DNA of 64,000 bases from Candidatus Marinacidobacterales bacterium (GTDB lineage: Bacteria; Acidobacteriota; Vicinamibacteria; Marinacidobacterales; DATDRI01). The position numbers and the translations under genes were made by a program. Below, piece by piece: positions 37,809-48,120 of the stretch (positions are counted from its first letter, which is position 1; every line of letters starts with the position of its first letter). The notes under the pieces were generated by a model that searched no databases, was not told the DNA's origin, and saw nothing but the letters and a program-made list of their open reading frames with translations. Location of the stretch: the NCBI GenBank assembly GCA_965226495.1, contig OZ245365.1:2688001-2752000 (forward strand). The letters are read 5' to 3'.

Positions 37809-39713
37809 ATGAAAAGACCAACTCTCCACCTCACCCTGATAACTGCATTCACGCTACTGGCGATTCCGCAAGCGTTCGCCCAAGACGCCGTGCCGACGAA
37901 GGACGATGTCGCGAGGGCGCACGGGAAACAAGAATTCTCTCCCTATGCGGGCCGCTCCTATCCGACCCGTGTTCTCTTTGGCGACACCCACCTCCACACC
38001 GCGGTCTCGGTGGACGCCGGCACCATGAATACAGTGGGGCAAGAGCAAGCCTACCGTTTCGCCCGCGGCGAGGAAGTCACCTCGACGGGCGGCCTCCGCG
38101 CTAAGCTCTCCCGGCCGCTGGACTGGCTGGTGATTTCGGACCACGCCGAGATGTACGGCCTAATGCCGCAACTGCTAGCCGGGAACCCGGGCATCCTCGC
38201 CACGGAGCAAGGCAACCGTTGGTACGGCGAGCTGACAAGCGGCGACTTTGACAGGATCTTCGCAACGGCCATGGAGATCGTCGCTTCGCTCCAGAAGCCG
38301 GATCCGCCGTTCAAGAGTGACAAACTGGTACGCGATGCCTGGCGGGAATACACCGCGCTCGCCGACCGATACAACGAACCCGGCCGCTTCTCCGCGATCA
38401 TCGGCTTCGAGTACACCACTCGGGGCGGCTTCAACATGCATCGGAATGTGCTCTTCCGAGGCGACGCGTCGGTCGCCAACCAGATGGTTCCGTTCTCGCA
38501 GTTCGACAGTCAGAATCCAGAAGATCTCTGGAAAGCGCTGGCGAAGTTCGAAGATGACACCGGAGCGGATGTCTTGGCTATTCCGCACAACGGCAACCTC
38601 TCCAACGGGCTGATGTTCTCCGTCGAAACCAACGCTGGAGAGCCGCTCACCAAGGAGCTCGCCGCCCTGCGAGCCCGGTTGGAACCGATTATCGAAGCAA
38701 CCCAGATCAAGGGAGACGGCGAAGCACACCCGTTTCTTTCGCCGAATGACGAGTTCGCCGATTACGAGACCTGGGACGCTGCCAACCTGGACGGCACCGA
38801 GGTCAAAAAGAAAGAGATGCTCCAGTACGAGTACGTCCGCTCTGCCCTCAAGACGGGCCTGACTCTCGAGAAGAAACTCGGCGTCAACCCCTTCAAGTTC
38901 GGCATGATCGGCAGCACCGACTCCCACACCTCGCTCGCCGCCGTCGAAGAGGACAATTTTTTCGGGAAGCACTCCGGCGTGGAACCCGAGCCACACCGCT
39001 GGGAGCATGTCGTCATCGCCTCTCCTATGGATCCGAATCTGACGATCTTGGGGTGGCAACAGGCCGCCTCGGGTTACGCGGCGGTCTGGGCGACCGAGAA
39101 CACCCGCGAGGCCATTTTCGACGCGATGGCACGCAAGGAGGTCTACGCCACCACGGGCTCGCGCATGTTGGTGCGATTCTTCGGTGGCTGGGAGTTCGCC
39201 AAGGAAGACGCCCTGTCCCGGATGCCCGCTGGCGTTGGCTATGCCAAAGGCGTCCCCATGGGAGGGGACCTGCGCGCACGCGACGGAAACAAGGCGCCGA
39301 CCTTCCTCGTCGCCGCCATGAAAGACCCTTACAGCGGTAACCTCGACCGGGTCCAGATCATCAAAGGCTGGATGGATGCGGGAGGCAAAACCCACGAGAA
39401 AGTCTACGACGTGGCCTGGAGCGGAGGGCGCAAACCTGGGGTCGACGGCAAGCTCCCGGCCGTCGGCAATACCGTCGACGTCAAAAACGCCACTTGGACC
39501 AACACCATCGGATCACCCGAGCTCATCACGGTCTGGACGGATCCGGATTTCGATCCGAAGCAGTCCGCGTTCTACTACGCCCGCGTGATCGAAATCCCCA
39601 CGCCGCGTTGGACCGCCTATGAAGCTAAACGGTTCGGCATCGAGATGCCCGACAATGTGCCCATGACCACACGGGAACGCGCCTACACGTCGCCCATCTG
39701 GTACACCCCGTGA
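37809..39713 (+). CDS. DUF3604 PHP-like metallohydrolase
   Basis: FGDTHLHT, SDHAE, IPHNGNLSNG, GSTDSHT, ERAYTSPIWY. Confidence 0.9.
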   Translation: MKRPTLHLTLITAFTLLAIPQAFAQDAVPTKDDVARAHGKQEFSPYAGRSYPTRVLFGDTHLHTAVSVDAGTMNTVGQEQAYRFARGEEVTSTGGLRAKLSRPLDWLVISDHAEMYGLMPQLLAGNPGILATEQGNRWYGELTSGDFDRIFATAMEIVASLQKPDPPFKSDKLVRDAWREYTALADRYNEPGRFSAIIGFEYTTRGGFNMHRNVLFRGDASVANQMVPFSQFDSQNPEDLWKALAKFEDDTGADVLAIPHNGNLSNGLMFSVETNAGEPLTKELAALRARLEPIIEATQIKGDGEAHPFLSPNDEFADYETWDAANLDGTEVKKKEMLQYEYVRSALKTGLTLEKKLGVNPFKFGMIGSTDSHTSLAAVEEDNFFGKHSGVEPEPHRWEHVVIASPMDPNLTILGWQQAASGYAAVWATENTREAIFDAMARKEVYATTGSRMLVRFFGGWEFAKEDALSRMPAGVGYAKGVPMGGDLRARDGNKAPTFLVAAMKDPYSGNLDRVQIIKGWMDAGGKTHEKVYDVAWSGGRKPGVDGKLPAVGNTVDVKNATWTNTIGSPELITVWTDPDFDPKQSAFYYARVIEIPTPRWTAYEAKRFGIEMPDNVPMTTRERAYTSPIWYTP

Positions 39714-39774
39714 ATCGAGCCCGCTATCGCGACTCAGAGTTACGGCAGAGTTGCTGCGGGCCCCGCGCTCACGA

Positions 39775-41112
39775 TCACTTCGCTTGAGCGATAAAGCTCT
39801 CGAAACGTGTCGCCGTCGCCTGTCGCTCGGCGTCCGGCCGCACCACCTCCGGAAGCTGCACACCCACGCGGGGGCGACCGGCGAGCCGCTGTTCGAGGTA
39901 CCGGCCGAGCAGTGCCAGTGCCTTCTCGTTGTCGGACAACGGTGACTGGTCGGCGGCGCCGGCGCGAAAGCGCGGAACTCTCAGCGAAGAGAGCAATTTC
40001 CCGTCGGGCCGTGCGGTCCGGCGAAGCAGCGGTCCGATGCTGTTCGCGGATGCCGTCCGCGTGCCCAGCGAACCGAGATCCCACTTGTCGATCAAGTACT
40101 TGAGCAGACTGGTGTGATCGAAGATCTGATGTGACTTTTTAGCCGGCGCGTAGGGCGAAACGAGAATTGCGGGCACCCGCACTCCGAGCCGCGAGAAGTC
40201 GTACTCTTCCCGATGATCGTCCGGGGCAACGGCGGCTGGCGGAGAGAACTCATCGTAGAAGCCGCCGTGCTCGTCGAAGGTGACGACGAGCAGGGTGGAG
40301 GCGAAGAGCTCTTCGTTCCGACGCAATGCGTTGTAGACGTTCGCGATGAGAGCCTCGCCCGCCCGCACGTCATGATCCGGATGGTCGTCGTTCGCGCTCT
40401 TGCCGATGTAGCGGGGTTCGATGAGGCTGAAGGTCGGGAAGCTGCTCGCCGCTCCCGCCGCGTCCGTTTCGAATCGAGTCAGCGGATGGTATCGGCGAAG
40501 GTTAGACCATCGCCACTGGTGGGTGAACAGCAGGGAGAGGGGCGCGTCGCCGAAGTACACCTTCCAGTCAATTTTCGATTCGTTGAGACGATCGAACAGC
40601 GTCTTTTGGTTGTACCAGTGTAGGTTCAGATCGAAGTTGCCCTCCGGCATCTTGACCCGGCCTTTGGACGTCCCGCTCAAAGCGAAGAGCCGGTTGGGCC
40701 ACGTTGGCCCGGGAACTGAAGAGAACCAGCGATCGCAAACGGTGAAGCTCCTGGCCAACGAGTGCAGCGACGTCAAGAACCCAGAGGGATAGTAGCCCAT
40801 GATGTCCTGCCGCCGGGCCGCGCTCGTCTTCGGATAGTTGATGGAGTAGTCACAGACGAAATTCTTGTTGCGGTCCGCGATCTGGAAAAGGACGTGGCGA
40901 AGCTCATGCTTGGGATCCGGCTTGACGCACACCACTTTCGTACTCCGCTGACAGTAGGTGACTCCGTTGACGTCCTTGTTGCACTGACTGGGCGGTGGCG
41001 AAGTGAGCGCACCGAGCATGCGATCATAGGAGCAGTTCTCGAGCATGAGAAGGACGACGTGCCGGATAGGATCGGCGGGATCGAGGGGTTTGGAGCCGCG
41101 GGATTTGGCCAC
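39775..41112 (-). CDS. Phosphoesterase / non-specific phospholipase C family
   Basis: HVVLLMLEN, SVPGPTWPNR, TFDEHGGFYD, LGVRVP, FDHTS. Confidence 0.9.
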   Translation of the reverse strand: MAKSRGSKPLDPADPIRHVVLLMLENCSYDRMLGALTSPPPSQCNKDVNGVTYCQRSTKVVCVKPDPKHELRHVLFQIADRNKNFVCDYSINYPKTSAARRQDIMGYYPSGFLTSLHSLARSFTVCDRWFSSVPGPTWPNRLFALSGTSKGRVKMPEGNFDLNLHWYNQKTLFDRLNESKIDWKVYFGDAPLSLLFTHQWRWSNLRRYHPLTRFETDAAGAASSFPTFSLIEPRYIGKSANDDHPDHDVRAGEALIANVYNALRRNEELFASTLLVVTFDEHGGFYDEFSPPAAVAPDDHREEYDFSRLGVRVPAILVSPYAPAKKSHQIFDHTSLLKYLIDKWDLGSLGTRTASANSIGPLLRRTARPDGKLLSSLRVPRFRAGAADQSPLSDNEKALALLGRYLEQRLAGRPRVGVQLPEVVRPDAERQATATRFESFIAQAK

Positions 41113-41335
41113 CCGAGGCTTTTATCAGAACGCAGGCTCGAAATCGAGAAGAATTTGGCCGAAGTGTAGCAGCCCGGTGCTAGGTTGAAACCGCTCGCGG
41201 ATTCTTGGCAGGATGCCGCTCGTAGTGCGCGCGCCGTTGCCCCAACCGCTGGAGATGTCGCTGCGCAAACACGGCGCGTCGATCTCGTCCGGGGCTCGTC
41301 CGGCTCTCGTTCCGGCGAGAAAAGGAGTGGAGCTG

Positions 41336-41867
41336 ATGACTTTTTTCGGAATCATAGTCCTCATTCTAGGTCTCTTGGCGATCGCCGCCCCCTTGGCCGC
41401 GGGTACCGCCGTTTCGACCATGGTCGCTATCCTCCTGGTAGCGGCCGGTGTGGTTCGCATGCTCTGGGCCTTCAAGGCAGGTTCTTTCGGTAAAGGCGCC
41501 CTCGCCCTCTTGCTCGGTGGATTAACGCTCGGCGTCGGAATCGTGCTCTTGGCACGACCGCTCGTGATTCTTGCCAGCCTGGCACTCATCCTAGCCGTTT
41601 ACTTCCTCCTCGACGGTATCTCTGAGATCGTGTGTGCATTCAGGGTCAAGCCCGCCAAAGGATGGGGCTTCATGGTCTTCGGCGGCGCCCTGTCGATACT
41701 CCTTGTCGGCCCTCATCTGGTCGCAGTGGCCGCTATCGGGAGCTTGGGCCGTCGGTGTTCTGGTCGGGGTACGACTGGTTTTTGCCGGGACGGCGATGAT
41801 CGCCCTAGGTTCCGCGATTGGAACGGTTCGGGATGCGGTCGCGGCGGAAGCGGGTCGGGCCAACTAG
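41336..41867 (+). pseudogene. HdeD/DUF308 membrane protein, frameshifted near 41705
   Basis: GWGFMVFGGALSILL continues as SALIWSQWPLSGAWAVGVLVGVRLVFAG in another frame. Confidence 0.8.
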
Positions 41868-41880
41868 CGCCCTCCTCCTC

Positions 41881-43767
41881 TTAGAAGGATAGCCGGAGGT
41901 CCACCCCGCCGTGCACCAGTCGCGGCGCTCCAATGGTTTCGGTCGGAGTGCGACCGACCGGATAGATTCGATCGAAGACGTTCTCCACCGCCACGAACAA
42001 ACCAACCTTCTCGTTCAGAACTCTCTGAACCCAAAGATCGAGCACCGCGAACCCTTCTAACGGCAGTTGGTTTCGATCGTCTTCGAACTGCTCGCTGACG
42101 AAGCGCAACTCCGCCGACGCCTGAATCGGACCCTGGTATCCGATACCCATTGAGGCTTGATTCAGGGGTACCTGTGGAACTCGCAAACCGGTATCGTCGA
42201 CTCGGGATTCGGAGTATAGATACGCGGCCCAAACATCCCACGCTCTCCCCCAACGATAGGACACCTCGGCTTCGACACCTTTAGCGGTGATACTCCCAAG
42301 GTTTTGCCTCTGTCGGAGGATGAGGGAAGGTGTCACCGAGAGCGTCACGTTGGCGACGGGATCTCGAAGCGAGTTCCAGAAACCGTTCAGCCGAACCAGG
42401 AGCGATCGATGAGGATGGAAGTCGACGCCGGCTTCGATTCCCCATAGGTGCTCCTCCTCCAAATCTGGATTCGCTTCGGTTCGAATGTTGCCCACACGAA
42501 AGGGTCGGTAGAGCTCGTTGAGGGACGGCGCGCGAAAACCTCGATAAACGGAGCTCCGAACCGTCACCGCATCGGAGGCCCGAAAGAGTACGCCGGCACG
42601 AGGATTGAAGCTCGTCTGGGTCGTTTGGTTCTCCCATACGTCGAGACGTGCACCGAGAAGGACATCGAATTTCGGGTGAAGCGTGAAGAGGTCTTGGATA
42701 AAGACACCCGCGAGGTTCTGATTCTGCTCCTCCCAACTGACGTATCTCCAGTCGGCCCCTAATAGAAGTCCGTGGCCTGGGCGATACGTGAACGCGCCGC
42801 CTAAACCGAGCGACGGAAAATGCTGCACGGCCGTTGGAAACTCTGCGGAGCGATCGGGAAGAATCCGTGAGAAGCTGCTGTTGAGCTCACCGTTCTGCGA
42901 GTAAAAGTCAAGGCTCCATGATTCCTCGTGAACGCCGGTCTCGAAGAGAAAAATTCGAGAATCGTTGCGCTGGATGGGCGTTCCGTTTCGCCGTTCCTCA
43001 TCGTAGAAGTTGAACCCCGCGTAGAATTTCTTGTACTGGACTCGACCAAGAAACGATCGGAAGTCCACGCCGGCCGGTTCGTCCACCGCACCTCGATCTT
43101 CCTCTGCGACCTGGATGTATCCGTCGGTCCCGAAGACGCGTCCGGACGCCAGGTAGCTCCAATCCTCTCCTCGATCGGACACCAGTGCGTCGACCTCATA
43201 GGTCTGCCGGCTGCCGATTTGCGCCCTCAGCTCGAGCGTATCCGACTCGGCGGGACGCGTGGAAAGTTGGATCGTCCCTCCGAGAGCCGAGCTTCCATAG
43301 AGCTGGCTCGTGGCGCCGCGCGATACTTCCACCGCCCCCAGGGAGAGCCGAGGCAGTCGATTCCAATAGATCCAGTTCCCGAACGGGTCATTGAGTGGAA
43401 CGCCATCCCAGAGAACCAGGCTGCGACTTGCCCCGCTGGGCCCGATACCGCGCAGCGAAACGCCTTGCGTCGTAGGGTGCGCGACCAAGCTGCTCGATCT
43501 TCGAAATAGACTGAAACCCGGAACCCGTCGCAGGTGGTTGTCGAGAACAAGTGTCGGAGACTCCAGGAGATCTTCGTGGGAGAACGCGGTCACCATCGCG
43601 ATCGCATCGCCGAGCGGCTGTTTTGTTCTTGCCGCGGTGACTACTACGACTTCGTGGTATCCCTCGACCTTTTCTTCTTCCTGCTCGGGAGGCTTCTCAT
43701 CTGAGGCGGGTTGCTGTGTCGATGACTGAGCCATCCAAAGAGGAAGCAAAAACAAAAGAAGCGACAA
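41881..43767 (-). CDS. TonB-dependent receptor
   Basis: VVVTAAR TonB box, plug motif LYGSSALGGTI, ENVFDR, terminal F. Confidence 0.92.
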   Translation of the reverse strand: MSLLLFLLPLWMAQSSTQQPASDEKPPEQEEEKVEGYHEVVVVTAARTKQPLGDAIAMVTAFSHEDLLESPTLVLDNHLRRVPGFSLFRRSSSLVAHPTTQGVSLRGIGPSGASRSLVLWDGVPLNDPFGNWIYWNRLPRLSLGAVEVSRGATSQLYGSSALGGTIQLSTRPAESDTLELRAQIGSRQTYEVDALVSDRGEDWSYLASGRVFGTDGYIQVAEEDRGAVDEPAGVDFRSFLGRVQYKKFYAGFNFYDEERRNGTPIQRNDSRIFLFETGVHEESWSLDFYSQNGELNSSFSRILPDRSAEFPTAVQHFPSLGLGGAFTYRPGHGLLLGADWRYVSWEEQNQNLAGVFIQDLFTLHPKFDVLLGARLDVWENQTTQTSFNPRAGVLFRASDAVTVRSSVYRGFRAPSLNELYRPFRVGNIRTEANPDLEEEHLWGIEAGVDFHPHRSLLVRLNGFWNSLRDPVANVTLSVTPSLILRQRQNLGSITAKGVEAEVSYRWGRAWDVWAAYLYSESRVDDTGLRVPQVPLNQASMGIGYQGPIQASAELRFVSEQFEDDRNQLPLEGFAVLDLWVQRVLNEKVGLFVAVENVFDRIYPVGRTPTETIGAPRLVHGGVDLRLSF

Positions 43768-43780
43768 TGCCGGCGCCTAT

Positions 43781-44386
43781 CTATGACGGATCGAATGATT
43801 GACCCCAGTTACCCGAGAACACGAACTCCGTGACGGCGCGCCTCGTTCTAGGGGCACGGTCGCGTTCGGCCAACTTTTCGTCTCCAGCCTCCGGCTTACC
43901 TCGGTATCCGATCGCGATTCCCGTCAGAACTTGGAAGTTCGCAGGGATGTTGTAGAGCTCGATGGCACGATCGGGGAGTACTCCGGCCATCTGATGCACC
44001 GACAGCCCACGCTTGGTCGCTTCGACCAAGAGAGTCCCGGTGGCGAGTCCGAGGTCGTGTTGCGCCGTACCATTTGGTTTACTGTTTCGGTCGAATAGAA
44101 GACCCACTACACCGAGGGCTAGCACCGGTGCGTTTTTGGCCCACGCCTGATTCCCTTCCAAGAGACACGACAGGAGTCTCCCGTACTCTTCGGGATGCTC
44201 TTTGCTGGCCACGATGTACCGCCAGGGTTGCTCGTTGAAGGAGGAGGGGGCCCACCTCGCCGCTTCGAACAGTGCTGCCACATCCACGGCTGCGACCGGG
44301 CGCGAATCGAAAACATAGGGACTCCATCGATCGGCAATCAGATCGACAATGGGGTAATCCGGTTGCGCACGCTTGATTTCCGTCAC
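43781..44386 (-). CDS. Nitroreductase family protein
   Basis: RWSPY, ARWAPSSFNEQPWR. Confidence 0.92.
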   Translation of the reverse strand: MTEIKRAQPDYPIVDLIADRWSPYVFDSRPVAAVDVAALFEAARWAPSSFNEQPWRYIVASKEHPEEYGRLLSCLLEGNQAWAKNAPVLALGVVGLLFDRNSKPNGTAQHDLGLATGTLLVEATKRGLSVHQMAGVLPDRAIELYNIPANFQVLTGIAIGYRGKPEAGDEKLAERDRAPRTRRAVTEFVFSGNWGQSFDPS

Positions 44387-44455
44387 GTTTCCTCCATTCT
44401 ACAGACTACGGAATCGCGGAGGGACGGCCGCGACCGGGCTTTCTCGGGCCATGGA

Positions 44456-44489
44456 AGCAGGCGAAGTGACGGCTGCCACTTCGCCTGCT
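44456..44489. terminator. 13-bp perfect hairpin downstream of the sulfatase
   Basis: agcaggcgaagtg-N8-cacttcgcctgct; U-tract is weak. Confidence 0.5.
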
Positions 44490-44503
44490 GATCCAAGGTT
44501 ATC

Positions 44504-46034
44504 CTAGTTAGACGGAGGCGCCAACTTTTCTATCACCTGATCGATGGTGAAGCTCGCCGGCTTCTGCCGTGGAGGAAACTCCTGAAACGTTTGCAGAAAC
44601 TTGGCCACATATGCCTGCGCCGGCACCATCACGAACATGTGATCGATGAAGAACTTCGTGTAGAAGTCGGATTCATGATCGGCCTTTTCGAACGGATCGC
44701 GACGGAGGTTGAAGAGTCGCGGTACGCGCAGTGTCGTGTACGGGCGCACCCACACCTCAAAACCGTGAGCCTCTTGGATGCTAAACATCACCTTCCAGTC
44801 GTGGTAGCGAAAAGCCGATAGCGACCCGTCGTCGGTAAAGTAGAAGAACTCCCTAGGGCCCTCGGACGCTTGTCCGGTCATGTAAGGAAGGAAGTTATAG
44901 CCATTCGAGGTGAACCTTGAAGGTCTTGCCGCCTGCGGTATGCCCCTTGAGCAGCTTCTCCTTGATGTTTGGGTCCCCTCCAGCTGCCACGAGAGTCGGC
45001 ATCCAATCCATCATGGCTATGATTTCGTTCGAGACGGAGCCTGCCTTAATTTTCCCCGGCCAGCGAACCATCATCGGAACGCGGAAACCACCTTCCCACG
45101 TGGTGTTCTTTTCGCCGCGGAACGGAATCATCCCGCCATCCGGCCAGCTCATGACTTCGGCTCCGTTGTCGGTGGCGTACATGACGATGGTGTTGTCGGT
45201 GATCCCCAGGTCGTCGAGCTTGTCGAGTAGCTGGCCCACGTGGCCATCGTGTTCGACCATGCCGTCTGCATAGATACCCTGACCTGTCACACCCTCGGAT
45301 TCGGCCTTGAGGTGCGTCCAGATGTGCATCCGCGTCGAGTTGAACCAAAGAAAGAAGGGCTTGTCCTGTCCGTGCGTCTGATCCATGAAACCGAGCGCCG
45401 CGGTTAGGAACTCCTCATCGACGGTCTCCATGCGTTTCTTAGTCAGCGGGCCGGTGTCTTCGATGCGTCCGTCGGCATAGCTGTGGATGACGCCCCGTGG
45501 ACCGAACTTCTTGTGGAACTCGGGGTCCTTGGGATAGTCCGGAAGCTCCGGCTCTTCCTCGGCGTTCAGGTGGTAAAGGTTGCCGAAGAACTCGTCGAAG
45601 CCGTGGTTCGTCGGCAGGTGCTCATCCAGATCGCCCAAGTGGTTCTTACCGAACTGGCCTGTGGCATAGCCTAACGGCTTCAACATCTCGGCGATGGTGG
45701 GATCCTCGGCCTGTAGGCCGAGATCGGCTCCGGGAAGTCCGACCTTCAGTAGACCGGTGCGCAACCCGCTCTGACCGGTGATGAACGAGGACCGCCCGGC
45801 AGTGCAGCTATTCTCGCCATAGGCGTCGGTGAAGATCATCCCCTCGTCGGCGATGCGGTCGATATTGGGGGTCTTGTAGCCCATAACGCCCATGTTGTAG
45901 GCGCTGACGTTGTACTGACCGATGTCATCACCCCAGATAATTAGAATATTGGGCTTGTCCTGGGCCGTTGCAGTGGCCGAGGTGAGGACCATGGGAAACG
46001 CGAGCGCCAGAAGAGCTAACCTTCGGATAATCAA
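44504..46034 (-). pseudogene. Cys-type arylsulfatase with a 1-bp frameshift near 44905
   Basis: DKPNILIIWGDD, CTAGR, GKNHLG; removing one A restores KVHLDGYNFLPYMTG into 44504..44881. Confidence 0.88.
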
Positions 46035-46205
46035 TATGTTTCTCCTTTTGTATGGAAGGAACCTTTTCAAACGTGCGATCATAGCCAAGTTTGAGGCCTC
46101 CCCACAACCCGTAAAAATACGGAGTCCCAGGTGAGAAATTTCCCGAGATCCCTTCCACCGACGCATCAAATTGCGCTATAACGGCGTGACCGGAGGCAAC
46201 AAATC

Positions 46206-46835
46206 ATGTCGAAGCCCGTAATCGAAGCGAAACCGAATGGACCCTATGTCGTAAGCGATCCTCCTACGGTCAAGAACTCGAAAGGCGAGGAAATCTCGAC
46301 CAAGCCGGTCACGGCGTTTTGCCGCTGTGGTCGCTCGGACAACAAGCCGTATTGTGACGGAACCCATGCCAAGGTCGGCTTCGATGCGTCGAGACAGACC
46401 GACGGCAGCGCCGATAAGCAAGACCACTACAAACGCGACGCCGTGACCATCAACGATAATCGTGGTGTGTGTGCGCACGCCGCTCGGTGTACCGAGGGCT
46501 TGAAGTCAGTGTTCAAGTACGGCGAAGAACCCTGGATCGATCCCAACGGTGCGGGCGCCGAAGAAATCAAGAAGCAGGTCGAAGCCTGTCCTTCCGGAGC
46601 TCTGAGCTACACGATGGACGGCGCCGAGCACGACGATTTCGGACGTGAGCCGTCGATCTATATCGCCAAGAACGGTCCCTATGCCGTAGCCGGAGGTGTG
46701 GAACTAAAGGACTCGATGGGTGGTCAATCGCCGCAGGCGAGCGAGCACTACACGCTTTGTCGCTGTGGGGGGTCGAAGAACAAGCCTTTTTGCGACGGAA
46801 CGCACTGGAAGGGCTTCAAAGACGACAAGAACTAG
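46206..46835 (+). CDS. CDGSH iron-sulfur domain protein with central ferredoxin-like domain
   Basis: Two CRCG.S.NKP.CDGTH motifs; CAHAARC...CPSGAL. Confidence 0.9.
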   Translation: MSKPVIEAKPNGPYVVSDPPTVKNSKGEEISTKPVTAFCRCGRSDNKPYCDGTHAKVGFDASRQTDGSADKQDHYKRDAVTINDNRGVCAHAARCTEGLKSVFKYGEEPWIDPNGAGAEEIKKQVEACPSGALSYTMDGAEHDDFGREPSIYIAKNGPYAVAGGVELKDSMGGQSPQASEHYTLCRCGGSKNKPFCDGTHWKGFKDDKN

Positions 46836-46922
46836 AGCAGCTCGTTCCGGACATCGGACTTGCGCTGTTTAGACGTCAAATGGACGGCTGCCATCCACCC
46901 GACGTGGCCAGGCGGCGTCGAT

Positions 46923-47201
46923 TCAGTAAGCAGAGCCCCGGTGCGCCGCCGCGGTCATGAACACGGTCCGCTCGCCATCATCAATTTCATAGAAGAATCG
47001 CCAGGCGCCAATGCGATACCGCCACGTGTCCGGCGTATAACCCTTGAGCTTGCGGATGTTCGGCCCGAAGCGGGGGTGTCGCCTCAACTGGGAATAAACA
47101 ACTTGTTGCAGCTTTCGAGCGACGGCGGGTTGTCCAGATTTCGAGAGCTCCTGCAGGTCCTTTCCAAATTGCTTGGTCTCGAATATGCGATACTCATTCA
47201 A
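46923..47201 (-). CDS. RelE/ParE family toxin
   Basis: IRKLKGY...WRYRIGAWRFFYEID...HRGSAY. Confidence 0.88.
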   Translation of the reverse strand: MNEYRIFETKQFGKDLQELSKSGQPAVARKLQQVVYSQLRRHPRFGPNIRKLKGYTPDTWRYRIGAWRFFYEIDDGERTVFMTAAAHRGSAY

Positions 47202-47436
47202 CGAATCGGCCTTGCCTCTTGCGGGCGTCGCGCGAACCCGCCTTTAGCCTCCCAACGAGCCTCTCGTTGCTGTTTATCTCGGCCATTTCCGCATCGTCGA
47301 CGAATTGCTCCTCGCGGATCTTGGCGAGAGCTGCGGTCTCAATGAGGTTGGAAAGCGGACGCCGCTCGGCCTCCGCGGCCTCGCGGAGCTCCTTGTATAC
47401 GGCCTCATCGAGACGAAGGGTAACCACTTTCGACAT
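47194..47436 (-). CDS. CopG/RHH antitoxin
   Basis: VVTLRLDEAVY...ERRPLSNLIE; overlaps the toxin start. Confidence 0.85.
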   Translation of the reverse strand: MSKVVTLRLDEAVYKELREAAEAERRPLSNLIETAALAKIREEQFVDDAEMAEINSNERLVGRLKAGSRDARKRQGRFVE

Positions 47437-47445
47437 GATACCTCC

Positions 47446-47472
47446 TGTATTCTATTGTATTCTAATGTATTC
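47446..47472. promoter_or_regulatory. Triple TGTATTC(TA) repeat, putative toxin-antitoxin operator
   Basis: 10-bp period at 47446, 47456 and 47466, directly upstream of the antitoxin RBS. Confidence 0.55.
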
Positions 47473-47604
47473 AGACCGCGCTGTCAAACACGGGGCGTAT
47501 ACGCGTTAGACAGCGGCGAGCTCGACGGTCAGGGGGGAGAGGTCTAGGAGCAATCGGCCACCGAGGCCTGAGCGGTCGTGCCAGTGAGCAGTTTGGTCAG
47601 GCGC

Positions 47605-48120
47605 TTATTCGATACCGAGGGCTTCCCGAACGTGCGCTTCGAGCTTCGGAGGAGTATTTACGGGATCGAACCCCACATGGGTACTGTGGAACTTGCCGTC
47701 GCGGTCGATGACGTACGAGGTCGGCATGGCATAAACCTGAAAGGCGTCATCCACTTGGGAGGTGCTGACTAGATTCGTGTAGCGGACTTTCTTCTCCTTT
47801 AAGAACCGATTCACCTCGTCAAGCGAAGGCATGCGGTCATCGACGTGCAGGCCGACGACCGCCAATCCCTTGTTGCGGTACTTGGCCGCCAAGCTCTCGA
47901 GAAAGGGCAGCGACTTCTTGCACGGGCCGCACCAGACCGCCCAGAAGTCCAAAAGGACGACCGACCCTTTGAAGTCGTCGAGCGATACCTTCTTCCCCTG
48001 GACGTTCTTCAAAGTAAAGTCGGGGGCCTGTTGACCACGCAGATCCTCCACGGAACCGGTGGGCTCCGAAAGAGAGAGTACCGCGACGGCAACAATCGCT
48101 ATCGACAGACGCCGTCTCAT
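47605..48120 (-). CDS. TlpA-family thiol:disulfide oxidoreductase
   Basis: LDFWAVWCGPC, signal peptide. Confidence 0.9.
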   Translation of the reverse strand: MRRRLSIAIVAVAVLSLSEPTGSVEDLRGQQAPDFTLKNVQGKKVSLDDFKGSVVLLDFWAVWCGPCKKSLPFLESLAAKYRNKGLAVVGLHVDDRMPSLDEVNRFLKEKKVRYTNLVSTSQVDDAFQVYAMPTSYVIDRDGKFHSTHVGFDPVNTPPKLEAHVREALGIE

